DNA of 64,000 nt from positions 10,004-74,003 of the forward strand of contig CAYLLP010000001.1 of the NCBI GenBank assembly GCA_964384955.1, written 5' to 3'. This DNA is from an uncultured Gammaproteobacteria bacterium. GTDB taxonomy: Bacteria; Patescibacteriota; Microgenomatia; UBA1406; GWC2-37-13. Shown here in pieces: positions 26,692 to 36,721 of the stretch. The notes beneath the pieces were generated by a model. That model ran no database searches. It was not told the origin of the DNA and saw only the letters and a list, made by a program, of their open reading frames with translations. Each line of letters begins with the position of its first letter. Position 1 is the first letter of the stretch. The position numbers and the translations under genes were made by a program.

Positions 26692-27440
26692 GTTGTTTTA
26701 CTATGCGTATACTGATAGAGCTTCGCTCTGACTAAAAAAGAGTGAAAGCTCATCATGAAAGAATAGACAAACCCAGGTGCCCCATCAAGAATCCCCAGAA
26801 GAAGTATATAGGTGTAAAAAAACTTAGCAAACGGAAGAAATAAAATCTCAATTACACTTGTATTTTTTTTAGCTTTATATAGCTCTCGTGCTCGCACAGA
26901 ACTATACATGTTGATTGACCTAATAAACGCTTCGAGGGTAGGGTGAGGATAGTGATTCAAAAATCCGTTGAACCTGCCGGCCGCCCCCGTGGAGGCAAAC
27001 TCTTCATGCACAGCACCTCTCCAGTGGCCAGCATCCTTTTTATATAGCCGGATGAATCCCCGCGAGGCGGCCCTCCCAACCTCACCATGCGTGAGCTCAC
27101 CCCCCCAAAAAAAATCTTTCCTTCGCAGAAAATAGGCCTTTTTACTATCATCCCCAACAGTGTTTACAATCTCTCTTTTCAGTTCCGGTGTGACTTCTTC
27201 GTCCGCATCAATGTGTAATATCCAATCTCCCTGGGCTTTTTCGGCTCCGAATTCTCGCTTGGCAGCAAAACTTACCTCCGAAAAGGAATATACTTTTGCC
27301 TTCCTTTGAGCAGCAATTGCTTTGGTTTTATCGGTCGATGAATCATCAATAAGCACTATCTCATCAGCAAAATCGACCGATGAGAGCGCCCTTGGGAGGT
27401 TTTGCTCTTCGTTTTTAGTAAGTATGATGACAGACAGCAT
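26688..27440 (-). CDS. Family 2 glycosyltransferase
   Basis: 250 aa. LSVIILTKNEEQNLPRAL, IVLIDDSSTDKT, and HIDADE (DxD-like). Confidence 0.88.
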   Translation of the reverse strand: MLSVIILTKNEEQNLPRALSSVDFADEIVLIDDSSTDKTKAIAAQRKAKVYSFSEVSFAAKREFGAEKAQGDWILHIDADEEVTPELKREIVNTVGDDSKKAYFLRRKDFFWGGELTHGEVGRAASRGFIRLYKKDAGHWRGAVHEEFASTGAAGRFNGFLNHYPHPTLEAFIRSINMYSSVRARELYKAKKNTSVIEILFLPFAKFFYTYILLLGILDGAPGFVYSFMMSFHSFLVRAKLYQYTHSKTT

Positions 27441-27482
27441 ATATTTTTGAGGCTTGCGCGGCGCACCGTCATGGGTCCACGG

Positions 27483-27555
27483 TGACCGCTGAGGGGCTCG
27501 AACCCCCGACCTTTCGGATGTGAACCGAACGCTCTACCAACTGAGCTAAGCGGTC
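27483..27555 (-). tRNA. tRNA-Val (anticodon CAC)
   Basis: The reverse complement folds as acceptor GACCGCT/AGCGGTC, D arm GCTC-AGTTGGTA-GAGC, anticodon stem TTCGG/CCGAA, loop TTCACAT, T arm GGGGG-TTCGAGC-CCCTC. Confidence 0.9.
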
Positions 27556-27686
27556 TAACAGTTATCAGCTTTCAGTCGTCTGCTTCCCATGGGGAACTGA
27601 ACTCTAATTACTGATCACTAACAATTATACTAAAAATAGCCTTGTTTTTAGAAGTAAGAGTCTCTACAATATATACACTTTATTGT

Positions 27687-28247
27687 ATGTACTATTTGCG
27701 ACGAGTCATTCATTTCGTGATGGACATCCTCGAGACCATCACCTTCATAGGCTCGATCTTCATTGTGATTTACCTTTTTATCATCCAACCAAATCAAGTG
27801 AAGGGATCATCGATGGATCCTACTTTCACGACAGAGGAATACATCCTCACCAGCAAAATTACCTATAAATTCCACGAGCCCCGGCGGGGCGATGTGGTGG
27901 TCTTTAAAGCGCCGCAGCGGGAAGAAACTGAGTTTATAAAGCGTGTGATTGGGGTGCCAGGGGATACCATCATGGTCACGAACCAGGAAGTCTATGTCAA
28001 CGGCGTGAATCTGGACGAGCCCTATATAGCTGCCAAAACCAATCTTTGGCAAGACGGATTTTTGACAGAAGGGGTGGCCGTCACGGTGCCGGAAGGGCAT
28101 CTTTTTGTGCTGGGTGACAACAGACCAAAATCGTCAGACTCCAGGCAATTTGGTTTTGTTCCAGCCTCCGACATTATTGGTGTTGTCGTGTACCGCTACT
28201 TCCCGCCAAATAAAGTGGGGCCGATCGAAAATCCGCTACGACAATAG
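27687..28247 (+). CDS. lepB: Signal peptidase I
   Basis: Catalytic Ser box GSSMDPTF, RGDVVVF, Lys box FIKRVIGVPGD, and GDNRPKSSDSR. The start is uncertain: the track ORF begins at TTG 27642, and ATG candidates lie at 27687 and 27720. Confidence 0.9.
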   Translation: MYYLRRVIHFVMDILETITFIGSIFIVIYLFIIQPNQVKGSSMDPTFTTEEYILTSKITYKFHEPRRGDVVVFKAPQREETEFIKRVIGVPGDTIMVTNQEVYVNGVNLDEPYIAAKTNLWQDGFLTEGVAVTVPEGHLFVLGDNRPKSSDSRQFGFVPASDIIGVVVYRYFPPNKVGPIENPLRQ

Positions 28248-28257
28248 GAATAGTGTA

Positions 28258-28794
28258 TTAGCTTGCAAGAAGATTCATGAGGCGGCGCAAAGTTGAGCTT
28301 GTGGTCTTGAGGTTACCCCGCACCTCAAATACTACCTTACCCTTGATTTTAGACTGCATCACTTTAACCCGAATATTCTTGCCGTCAAATACGCGCTCGA
28401 GGCGGTCACGCTCGGGTCTGGATAAATATTCTCCATCATTTTTTATTTTGTAGAGCTTCTCACGCACAGCTTCGTCGGTCAAAGCCACGGTGAGACCTTC
28501 TGTTAGTACTCGTTCATATACCTCTGCCATGTCGCTTCTCGTCTTAAGGCGCGAAATCACAAAAAGGTGACTGAGAGATACGGTGCTCGAAAAAAACCCG
28601 TCGACTACCATTGGGGGGAGCTTAGTAAGGCGCATAATGTGGCAGAGATACGAGGGCTTCATCCCAATGGCGAGTCCGAGCTCTTTAACGCTGATTCTCT
28701 TGGCTCTGACCAGCGATTCGATCGAGCGCGCCTTCTGGAAAGGGTCTTCTTGGCGGCGAACATAGGCAATTGTTTCCTCCAGAGACTCATCCAT
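28258..28794 (-). CDS. ParB-like HTH-domain protein (no N-terminal ParB/Srx-type domain evident)
   Basis: 178 aa. ISVKELGLAIGMKPSYLCHIMRLTKLPPMVV resembles the ParB/Spo0J HTH followed by the RLL.LP segment. Confidence 0.4.
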   Translation of the reverse strand: MDESLEETIAYVRRQEDPFQKARSIESLVRAKRISVKELGLAIGMKPSYLCHIMRLTKLPPMVVDGFFSSTVSLSHLFVISRLKTRSDMAEVYERVLTEGLTVALTDEAVREKLYKIKNDGEYLSRPERDRLERVFDGKNIRVKVMQSKIKGKVVFEVRGNLKTTSSTLRRLMNLLAS

Positions 28795-28814
28795 GAGAAG
28801 AATAGACTAGTATA

Positions 28815-29066
28815 TTAGGAATTTGTGACTGTCACGTACTTTTGGCCCCGAGCTTGCTTAAACTGTACGATGCCCTCAATTTGGGCAATTATGGTCGAGT
28901 CCTTGGAGAGGTAGGTCCCTTCCCCAGCACGGACGCGGGTACCTTTTTGGCGAATGATGATGTTGCCTGGGGAGGCTTTTTGGCCGCCATAGAGCTTTAC
29001 GCCGAGGCGCTTAGAGCGCGAGTCTCGATTGCCTGAGGCTGCTTTTTGTGCTTTTGTATGAGCCAT
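28815..29066 (-). CDS. rpmA: 50S ribosomal protein L27
   Basis: 83 aa. MAHTKAQKAASGNRDSRSKRLGVKLYGGQ...GNIIIRQKGT. Confidence 0.96.
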   Translation of the reverse strand: MAHTKAQKAASGNRDSRSKRLGVKLYGGQKASPGNIIIRQKGTRVRAGEGTYLSKDSTIIAQIEGIVQFKQARGQKYVTVTNS

Positions 29067-29208
29067 ACTGACAAAACTTCAAATTCTAAATTACAAGCTC
29101 CAAATAAATTCTAATTTCCAAATTCTAAATATTAAAACTGTTTGGGATTTGATTATTGAGATTTTGAATTTGTTTGTAATTTGATATTTGTGATTTGTAA
29201 TTTCTTTC
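29067..29208. repeat. AT-rich inverted-repeat intergenic element, copy C (variant AAATTCTAA / TTGTAATTT motifs)
   Basis: Left half is C/A-rich: CAAATTCTAAATTACAA, AAATTCTAATTTCCAAATTCTAAAT. Right half is G/T-rich: TTTGGGATTTGATTATTGAG, TTTGAATTTGTTTGTAATTTGATATTTGTGATTTGTAATTT. Shares the GGGATTTGATTA core with copies A, D and E. Fills the rplU-rpmA spacer. Confidence 0.7.
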
Positions 29209-29520
29209 TTATATTTTGACGATCTTGAGCGTGGTGAGACTTGGTCTAAAGCCCATTACTTTTCTGTATCTTACCTTAGATTTAAACCGCGCCACTCGTA
29301 CTTTTTCTCCCTTTCCATGCTCCACCACCGAAGCCTGCGTAGGAGATTTCAAGAGTGGCGATCCAAGCTCAATATTTCCCTTTTCGGAGTCAATTATAGC
29401 AAGTGTGTCAAGCTGCACTTTGCCCTTATCAGGCACGCTCAAGCGGTCGACGGTGATCTCCTCACCCTCCCTCACGATGTATTGCTTTCCCCCAGTTTTG
29501 ATGACTGCCAGCTTAGACAT
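29209..29520 (-). CDS. rplU: 50S ribosomal protein L21
   Basis: 103 aa. AVIKTGGKQYIVREGEEITVDRL is the canonical L21 N-terminus. Confidence 0.95.
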   Translation of the reverse strand: MSKLAVIKTGGKQYIVREGEEITVDRLSVPDKGKVQLDTLAIIDSEKGNIELGSPLLKSPTQASVVEHGKGEKVRVARFKSKVRYRKVMGFRPSLTTLKIVKI

Positions 29521-29542
29521 ACGTCATATAGTATACCACATG

Positions 29543-30577
29543 TTAGGGGATGAGTGCCAGTCCAATCGCCAAAGTCACGATTGAGGACCCTCCGTAGGAA
29601 ATAAAGGGAAGCGCTATCCCCACGACCGGCACCAATCCCATATTCATGCCAATATTAATACTTGTCTGTACGAGAAAATAGGTGGTAAACCCAATCGTGT
29701 ACAAAAAAAGATATTGATCCTCCGCGCTTCGTGCGCCCATATACAAGGAGGCACGCCTGAAGAATGCGAGAATAAGCATGAAAAAGAGGCCAATTACGAC
29801 TCCTCCCCCGACAAAGCCAAATTGCTCCACAAGAGAAGAGAAGGCGAAGTCAGTGTGATTCTCTGGCAGATATCGCAGCCGCGATTGCGTGCCGTGTCCC
29901 AACCCGCGCCCGAGCATGCGACCGCTTCCTGTGGTGATGACCGCTTGAATCATGTTGTATGAGGCCCCCTGGGTGTCAGCGCTTTTGTTGAGAAAGCTGG
30001 TAAGCCGCTCCTTTTGATAGTCCTTGAGGGTAACATATCCAAGAGGAGCAAAAAGCACAACAATCAATAGAAGTACCATTAAATACTTTTTAGGAACCGC
30101 TGAAAAAAGCACGAGACTCAGGAAGATCGCGACATACACCATCGCGTTCCCCAGATCCGGTTGGAGGAAGATAAGTATTGCGGGCGGTGCAAGGTAGAGA
30201 AGACTTTTTAAAAATAGCGAAAGATCGCTTCTGACGTGTCTTTCATGGGTGAGAATATTGGATAGATGCACGATGAAAAAAATCTTGAGAAATTCTGAGG
30301 CCTGAAAGCTAAAAAAATAGAGATCGATCCAGCGTCTTGAACCTTTCACCTCAAACCCAATTATATAGGTCACAGCCACCAGGCCTACGAATATCCAGTA
30401 TAAAAGATTCGCGTTGTTTCTGGCAAACATCCACCCGACACGTCGCACTAGAAAATACACAATAAGAGCAATTAAGACAAATACGAGCTGGTTCTCAACA
30501 AGAGCAGGTCGTATGCCAAATAAGTTGAAGAGCCCAAAGACAATAAGTAGAGTGGTGAGTACCAATCGCGCGGTCAT
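29543..30577 (-). CDS. rodA: SEDS-family peptidoglycan polymerase (RodA-like)
   Basis: 344 aa polytopic protein. QPDLGNAMV, TDFAFSSLVEQFGF, and PFISYGGSS are SEDS hallmarks. Lies outside the division cluster, hence RodA rather than FtsW. Confidence 0.8.
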   Translation of the reverse strand: MTARLVLTTLLIVFGLFNLFGIRPALVENQLVFVLIALIVYFLVRRVGWMFARNNANLLYWIFVGLVAVTYIIGFEVKGSRRWIDLYFFSFQASEFLKIFFIVHLSNILTHERHVRSDLSLFLKSLLYLAPPAILIFLQPDLGNAMVYVAIFLSLVLFSAVPKKYLMVLLLIVVLFAPLGYVTLKDYQKERLTSFLNKSADTQGASYNMIQAVITTGSGRMLGRGLGHGTQSRLRYLPENHTDFAFSSLVEQFGFVGGGVVIGLFFMLILAFFRRASLYMGARSAEDQYLFLYTIGFTTYFLVQTSINIGMNMGLVPVVGIALPFISYGGSSIVTLAIGLALIP

Positions 30578-33414
30578 TGGCGGCTAGCTCTTGTAACCTT
30601 GAGTGTGTGCCCTTGCTTGAGACTTGCTACATGCGCTTTTTTCTTAATCTCTTCCTCAAATTTTTCTGGCCAGGCTGATAGCTCCACGTCGACCTTCTCG
30701 TCAATCTGTGTACCTAGTCGCTTTCTCTCCTGCTGAATCATGCGGACTATTCCCCTCGCCTCTCCAGCCTCTACATCCTGATTCTTGATTGCGGTGTCCC
30801 CTGATACGGCAAACTCTTCCTCACGCTTCTTGTAAGTAAGATCATACACATTCGTCTCTTCTTTTACTATTTTTTCGACCTCAGGATCCAGTTGTGCCGG
30901 GCCACTGTAGCTAATGCGCCTCAGCGGAATTCTTACCTTGATCCCCGCTTCTTTGCGCAGCCCGTTAATCAGGGATGACAGCTTGATGGCGTAGTTCATA
31001 TTCTTCTCCACCTGCTCGTCCTGAAGCGAGGCCGCGACCACCGGCCAATCCTCAAGATGCACCGATTCCCGGTCAGTAATATTTTTATACAGCTCCTCGG
31101 CAATAAATGGGGCGATTGGGGCCAAGAGCTTTGACACTGACACTAAGACTATGTGGAGGGTCTCTAGGAATTCTTCAGTGTGGGCTCGGCTGCGGCTTCG
31201 GCGAATATACCACGTAGAGAGCGATTGAATAAAATCATTTATTTCATTAATAGCTGTAACCGTGTCGTAGTTGTCAAGAGCCCTCGTAGCGTTTTTAATT
31301 ACTCCCTGCAAGAGAGACATAATCCACTTGTCCAGTACGTGAGGACTTGCATAACTCAGTGGGTACCGTTGCGCAGGATTTGCGTAGAGCACAAAGAACT
31401 TATAGACGTTCCACAACACGAGCATAAGTCCTCGCACTTGGGCGCGGTATGCGTCTTCCGATATAATAATATCCTCTCCCTTCATGACGGGCGACCCCAT
31501 AAGATATAAGCGGAGAGCATCTCCCCCATATTTGAGGAGGAGCTTTTTTGGGTCAGGATAGTTGCCATAATTTTTGCTCATCTTGCGCCCATCGGTGCCC
31601 AGAATTACTCCTTCAACCAGTACATTTTTAAAAGCCGGCGAGTCGTAAAGAGCTGTACCAATGACATGGAGGACGTAGAACCATGCCCGAATTTGGCCGG
31701 TATATTCTGCGATGAAATCTGGTGGGAAAAAATCATCCAACCTTTGAGGTTTACCCTGTGAGCTGCCATCCGGCGGCTCGAAGGGAAAATGCCTCTCCGC
31801 AAAGCTCGCCGATCCTGCCTCGATCCAGCTATCCAGAACCTCTGGCGTGCGATGAGCTTTCTTACCGCACTTTTTGCAGAGCACTGTGACTTCATCGATA
31901 AAGGGCTTGTGAAGGTCAGTAATTCTCATACCGGAAGCCTCCTCAAGCTCCTTTATTGACCCCGGCACGAAGCGCTCCCCACACTCACATTCCCACACGG
32001 GCACCGGACTTCCCCAATATCGATTTCTTGAAATATTCCAGTCGGGCGCGGCTTCCATGCTTTTTTGGAATCGGCCTTCTTTAAAATGCTTGGGGTACCA
32101 ATTAACTTTTTCGTTTGTTTTCAAAAGCTTTGACTTGAGCTTTTGCACATCTACAAACCATGCGTCCAAAGGAGCATAATAAAGTCGTGTTGCGCATCTC
32201 CAACAGATTGGTACATTGTGATGAAGGTCTTCATCTTTGTAAATTAGTCCACGGGACGAGAGATCTTCATTAACCACTGGATTTGCCTTAAGGTAGTACA
32301 TTCCACCGAATTTGGGAACGTTTGATTTTATTATCCCTTCCTCGTCAAGATGCATCTCAATGTGAATGTTCTCCTTCTTCATAGCGGCCAAATCCTCTAC
32401 TCCATATGCTGCAATTGTGACCACCCCAGTCCCCTCTTCGGCTGTCACAAAGTCACCACCTATGACCTCAAATGCCTTTTTACCTTTTTCGATTGTGTAG
32501 TAATCGTAATGGGGAATGAATTCTTTCCCCACAAGTGTGCTCCCTTTAAATTCCTCTAAGATCTTATGCTTTGGCTCTTTTTTGAGCATGTGCAGCGTAG
32601 TCTTGGCCAAAATGTACTGCTGCCCATCCTGCTCGACTCTCACATAGGTGAACTTTGGATTCACTGCTAATGCCGGTGTAACAATTTTGTTCCACGGCGT
32701 GGTGGACCATGCCAGAATATAGGTATTTTTTTCCTTGCCCGCCGAAGCCTCGGCGAAGGAGGGATCTTTAAGTCTATATTTATAGATAGTTGCCGCCTCT
32801 ACAACTTCCTTGTAGCTATGATCAAGAGCTGTTTCAAAGTTGGATATTGGAGTTGCGCAGTGCGGGCAATAGAGTGTCACCCGAAACCCCTTATATATAA
32901 ATCCTTTGTCGTACATCTGCCGGAATACCCACATCACCGACTCCATGTAGTCAAGGTCCCAGGTCTTATACGCATTTTTAAAGTCCACCCAGCGGCCGAT
33001 GTGATCGATGTACCACTCCCACTCAGAAGACGTCTGCTCTACATATTTTTTACACTCATCAATAAATTTCTGTACTCCAATCGTGGTCTCGATATCTTTC
33101 TTCCTTCTCACTTTCAAAGCTTCTTCGACCTTGTTCTCAATCGGCAGGCCGTGCCCGTCCCACCCCCACACGCGCCGCACGTGGTATCCTTTCATTGTCC
33201 AGTACCGGCCAAAAAGATCCTTGGGAAGACTCGAGAGCAAGGAGCCGTAGTGCGGCATACCTGTCACAAAAGGCGGCCCATCAAGAAATGTCCAGGGGCG
33301 CTCTGCAGGGCGCGCCTCCACAGAGCGCTCAAAAATCTTATTTTTTTTCCAAAATTCGATGATTTTTTCCTCTATCTTGGGGAAGTCCGGTACCGCTTCA
33401 ACCTCTTTAAACAT
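30574..33414 (-). CDS. ileS: Isoleucyl-tRNA synthetase (type 2-like)
   Basis: 946 aa. FLDGPPFVTGMPHYGSLL (HIGH-region variant), WGWDGHGLPIE, KMSKNYGNYPDP (KMSKS), and CxxC zinc motifs. Confidence 0.88.
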   Translation of the reverse strand: MFKEVEAVPDFPKIEEKIIEFWKKNKIFERSVEARPAERPWTFLDGPPFVTGMPHYGSLLSSLPKDLFGRYWTMKGYHVRRVWGWDGHGLPIENKVEEALKVRRKKDIETTIGVQKFIDECKKYVEQTSSEWEWYIDHIGRWVDFKNAYKTWDLDYMESVMWVFRQMYDKGFIYKGFRVTLYCPHCATPISNFETALDHSYKEVVEAATIYKYRLKDPSFAEASAGKEKNTYILAWSTTPWNKIVTPALAVNPKFTYVRVEQDGQQYILAKTTLHMLKKEPKHKILEEFKGSTLVGKEFIPHYDYYTIEKGKKAFEVIGGDFVTAEEGTGVVTIAAYGVEDLAAMKKENIHIEMHLDEEGIIKSNVPKFGGMYYLKANPVVNEDLSSRGLIYKDEDLHHNVPICWRCATRLYYAPLDAWFVDVQKLKSKLLKTNEKVNWYPKHFKEGRFQKSMEAAPDWNISRNRYWGSPVPVWECECGERFVPGSIKELEEASGMRITDLHKPFIDEVTVLCKKCGKKAHRTPEVLDSWIEAGSASFAERHFPFEPPDGSSQGKPQRLDDFFPPDFIAEYTGQIRAWFYVLHVIGTALYDSPAFKNVLVEGVILGTDGRKMSKNYGNYPDPKKLLLKYGGDALRLYLMGSPVMKGEDIIISEDAYRAQVRGLMLVLWNVYKFFVLYANPAQRYPLSYASPHVLDKWIMSLLQGVIKNATRALDNYDTVTAINEINDFIQSLSTWYIRRSRSRAHTEEFLETLHIVLVSVSKLLAPIAPFIAEELYKNITDRESVHLEDWPVVAASLQDEQVEKNMNYAIKLSSLINGLRKEAGIKVRIPLRRISYSGPAQLDPEVEKIVKEETNVYDLTYKKREEEFAVSGDTAIKNQDVEAGEARGIVRMIQQERKRLGTQIDEKVDVELSAWPEKFEEEIKKKAHVASLKQGHTLKVTRASRQ

Positions 33415-33460
33415 GAAGTAGATTATAGCTGATTAGCTTGTGCTTCTCAAGGAAAGAAGG

Positions 33461-34597
33461 CTATTTTCGACGCAAGAAAGCAGGGATGTCGAATTCGTCG
33501 TCGTCACCTTCAAATTGCTGCTGAGGAGGGTCTTGATTTTCTTCGGCCACTGGCTCCTCTTCCTTGAGCTCCTCGTCAATCTCCTGCTCAAGAGCGCTTT
33601 TGTCCTCGTCTTCACGATTGGTGAACTTGAAGAGCTTGAGCTTATTTTCGTCAAACTTGGTAGCAATAAGCGTAATTTTGATTTTATCGAGCATCTTCTC
33701 ATCCACCACTGCGCCAAATATGATATCAGCATCAGGATCTGCGGTCTTGGCGATAATTGAGGCTGCCTCATCGATCTCGGCCATCGTAAGATCCTGGCCC
33801 CCAACGATATTAAAGAGCACTCCCTTGGCCCCTTCAATCGACACATCAAGAAGAGGAGAAGAAATCGCCTGCTTTATGGCAACCATTGCCCGCTTGTCGC
33901 CTGATCCTTCTCCAATGCCCATAAGAGCGGTACCTGCATTACTCATAATGGTCTTCACATCGGCAAAGTCCACGTTGATGAGGCCCGGTACGGTGATGAG
34001 CTCCGCGATTCCTTTTACTCCCTGGTGGAGAACGGAATCGATCTTTCTGAATGCCTCAAGAATTGGTGTCTTGCGGTCCACGACCTGCAAGATGCGTTGA
34101 TTGGGCACCACGATCAGTGTGTCGACGTTGTCTTTCAAGCTCTGAATGCCATCATCGGCGGCGATTTTGCGCTTGGACCCCTCAAATTCAAACGGCTTGG
34201 TGACGACAGCAATCGAAAGTGCACCAGACTCTTTGGCAAGCTGGGCAATAAGGGGAGAAGCTCCAGTGCCGGTGCCACCACCCTCCCCTGCTGTAATAAA
34301 GATCATATCGGCGCCGTCAAGCTCCTCTTTGAGCCGCTCTCGCGACTCCTCCGCAGCCTGGAGCCCCACCTCAGGATCTCCTCCGGAGCCTAGGCCCCGT
34401 GTGAGATTTTCCCCTATCTGTACCTTGGTGCCCGCTTTGTTGTGCAGAAGCGCCTGAGCGTCGGTATTGACTGCGATAAACTCCACGCCTGCAATGCCTC
34501 CCTCATCGATCATCGAAGAGAGGGCGTTGCCGCCTCCCCCTCCCACTCCCACGACCTTAATTCGAGCCGGTTGCCCGGTCTTTGGTTTGATTAGCAT
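33461..34597 (-). CDS. ftsZ: Cell division GTPase FtsZ
   Basis: 378 aa. Tubulin signature [17 protein letters not shown], an acidic linker and a C-terminal DIPAFLRRK peptide. Confidence 0.98.
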   Translation of the reverse strand: MLIKPKTGQPARIKVVGVGGGGGNALSSMIDEGGIAGVEFIAVNTDAQALLHNKAGTKVQIGENLTRGLGSGGDPEVGLQAAEESRERLKEELDGADMIFITAGEGGGTGTGASPLIAQLAKESGALSIAVVTKPFEFEGSKRKIAADDGIQSLKDNVDTLIVVPNQRILQVVDRKTPILEAFRKIDSVLHQGVKGIAELITVPGLINVDFADVKTIMSNAGTALMGIGEGSGDKRAMVAIKQAISSPLLDVSIEGAKGVLFNIVGGQDLTMAEIDEAASIIAKTADPDADIIFGAVVDEKMLDKIKITLIATKFDENKLKLFKFTNREDEDKSALEQEIDEELKEEEPVAEENQDPPQQQFEGDDDEFDIPAFLRRK

Positions 34598-34604
34598 ACA
34601 TTGA

Positions 34605-35870
34605 TTACGGAATGAACTGCTTGATAAATTGCTTTACTTTCCCGACAGATTTACCAAGCGAAAAATCCTTTAAGACACGATTAAAGTTCTTAAAGCCCTC
34701 GGTAGGGGCTATTATATTTTTTCTTCCGTATAAAATCAAGCCCACTGTAGCAGCGTACTGTGGATCCAACACCTCGTCAAGAAGTCCAGCTACCCCTCGA
34801 GGCACTCCGACTCGGACAGGAAGACGCATAATGCGCTTCCCCACCTCCACCATTTCCACGGTCAGCGCTCCCCCACCAGTCACTACTACCCCCGAAGGGA
34901 TATGCTGCTTGTAGTCACTCTTGTCGACCTCCGCCGCAACCAGCTTAAATATTTCCTCCATTCGCGGCTGCATGATGCCGGAAATTAAATTTTTCAGAGA
35001 AATTTGCGGCAGCTTCTCCTCAATTCCGATGTGGGAAAGGTCAAGCTTGTCTGCACGAGTGGCCTCATGAGTTCTTTTGGCTTCGCGAGCTAGATAGAGC
35101 TTGATTTTTTCGGCCGACTCCAAAGATACGCGAAGGCCAACTGCGATGTCATTAGTAATGTGACGGGCCCCTACCGGAATCGAGCCGGAATACGAAAGCG
35201 CTCCTTCACTGTAGAGCGCAAGATCTATTTTCCCTCCCCCGATATCCATAAGCAACACGCCCAATTCCTTCTCAGTGTCGGTTAAGACCGCTTCTGAGGC
35301 CGAAAGCCCTGAGAAAATAAAACCGTGATTATCTATTCCCAGGTCGCCCAAACACCGATCAATATTCTTAAGACTTGTCAAAGAGGCAGTAATAATATGG
35401 GTATCCACTTCAAGCCGCACACCACTCATTCCGATCGGATTTTTGATGCCTGATTGACCGTCCACAATATATTCTCGTGGCGTAACCTCGATGATCTGCT
35501 TCGTTGTCGAAAGTGAAATTGCGCGGGCCGCCTCCACCACGCGCTCTACATCTGCCTCTCCAATCTCAGCACTTGGATTAGACACAGCCACGACTCCATG
35601 AGAATTCAAGGAGGCGATATGCGGCCCACCAATTGAGACAAAGGCTCCCTTGATTTTGTGTCCTGCCATCCGCTCGGCCTTCTCTACGCTTTCCTCGACC
35701 ACTCCGGTGACCTGGTCAATATCTACAATAAGTCCTTTCTTGACGCCCCGAGAAGGAGTCGTATTGAAGCCGATGATGCGTGGCTCTCCATCTTCCTTGG
35801 ATTCAATCCCCACAATCGTGGCAATCTTATAGGAGCCAATATCTATTCCGCAGATTAATTTATCAGACAT
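34605..35870 (-). CDS. ftsA: Cell division protein FtsA
   Basis: 421 aa actin-like ATPase ([25 protein letters not shown]). Lies directly upstream of ftsZ. Confidence 0.95.
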   Translation of the reverse strand: MSDKLICGIDIGSYKIATIVGIESKEDGEPRIIGFNTTPSRGVKKGLIVDIDQVTGVVEESVEKAERMAGHKIKGAFVSIGGPHIASLNSHGVVAVSNPSAEIGEADVERVVEAARAISLSTTKQIIEVTPREYIVDGQSGIKNPIGMSGVRLEVDTHIITASLTSLKNIDRCLGDLGIDNHGFIFSGLSASEAVLTDTEKELGVLLMDIGGGKIDLALYSEGALSYSGSIPVGARHITNDIAVGLRVSLESAEKIKLYLAREAKRTHEATRADKLDLSHIGIEEKLPQISLKNLISGIMQPRMEEIFKLVAAEVDKSDYKQHIPSGVVVTGGGALTVEMVEVGKRIMRLPVRVGVPRGVAGLLDEVLDPQYAATVGLILYGRKNIIAPTEGFKNFNRVLKDFSLGKSVGKVKQFIKQFIP

Positions 35871-35962
35871 ATCCTGAGAATTTCTAATTCCTAATTACCA
35901 ATTGACCTAAATAATTGGGATTTGATTAGATCAATTAGGTTAATTAGAGTACTTAGAAATTA
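35871..35962. repeat. AT-rich inverted-repeat intergenic element, copy D
   Basis: ATCCTGAGAATTTCTAATTCCTAATTACCAATTGACCTAA ... ATTGGGATTTGATTAGATCAATTAGGTTAATTAGAGTACTTAGAAATT. 35935-35961 is the exact reverse complement of 43538-43564 in copy E. Lies between the ftsQ stop and the ftsA start. Confidence 0.85.
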
Positions 35963-36721
35963 TCGAAATTTTATAACTGGCTTGTCAAATCTCAAATCGA
36001 GCGTAGTAAAGTCGCCTCCTTTGATTTTGAGCCGCTCTAGAATCGTCTTCAACTGGTATTCTTGCACGCCAATATCTTTTTGCGTGCTTAACAAGATTGT
36101 TCTACCGTCTTTTAGTGTACATGCTATCATATTATGCCCGCTAATATCAACTGCTTGAGGAGAGTACCCTATTTTTTTCAAACTATCTATAAACCGCAAG
36201 GCATCTCTAATGTCCTGATATGGCACGGTGTCGCCAATTTTAAGGATATTCGAATTGAGGCGCTGATAAAAGGTGATTGTGGGAAGGTCGGCCGCAGCGT
36301 ATGTCGACTTTTGCAGTATGCGACCGGTCGAGGCCACTACAAAAAAGCCATCGGTTGCGCTCAGCTGAGCCGCCGCAGGAAGTGTCGTGATCACAACCTC
36401 AAGATCTGTCGGATAGTGTTTGGTCACCTGTGCTCCGGCCACGGCGGGATTGCGCCTGACGAAGAACTCAGCTACCTCCCGCGGGCTCAAGGTCAGCATA
36501 TTGCGGCCGACGAATGTTCCGGCCCCGGCAACTGGAGGACTTTTCAAGGGCGCGATCACGGTAACCTGTGTGACTTTCAAAAATTGCGCACCCACAAAAA
36601 GGGCACCCAGTACTACTGCGCAAAGCGCGCTTAGCGCCACTACTTGCAAGTTATTTTTGAAGAATAGCCTGCGCGATTTTTTGTGCTGCATCTTGGTGAT
36701 AAATCGAAGTAAGATGAACAA
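35960..36721 (-). CDS. ftsQ: Cell division protein FtsQ/DivIB (POTRA domain)
   Basis: 253 aa. N-terminal TM helix, then a POTRA-like segment (VTQVTVIA...GRNMLTLSPREV...NPAVAGAQVTKHYPTDLEVVI). Position before ftsA fits. The start is uncertain because the ORF overlaps the murG 3' end. Confidence 0.8.
   Translation of the reverse strand: MFILLRFITKMQHKKSRRLFFKNNLQVVALSALCAVVLGALFVGAQFLKVTQVTVIAPLKSPPVAGAGTFVGRNMLTLSPREVAEFFVRRNPAVAGAQVTKHYPTDLEVVITTLPAAAQLSATDGFFVVASTGRILQKSTYAAADLPTITFYQRLNSNILKIGDTVPYQDIRDALRFIDSLKKIGYSPQAVDISGHNMIACTLKDGRTILLSTQKDIGVQEYQLKTILERLKIKGGDFTTLDLRFDKPVIKFR

Noticed and set aside
33433-33849. 138-aa minus-strand ORF overlapping the ftsZ 3' end
   Set aside because: It is an alternative frame of the acidic, repetitive FtsZ C-terminal linker. 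The product is an S/L/K low-complexity sequence, and FtsZ with its terminal DIPAFLRRK peptide accounts for the region.
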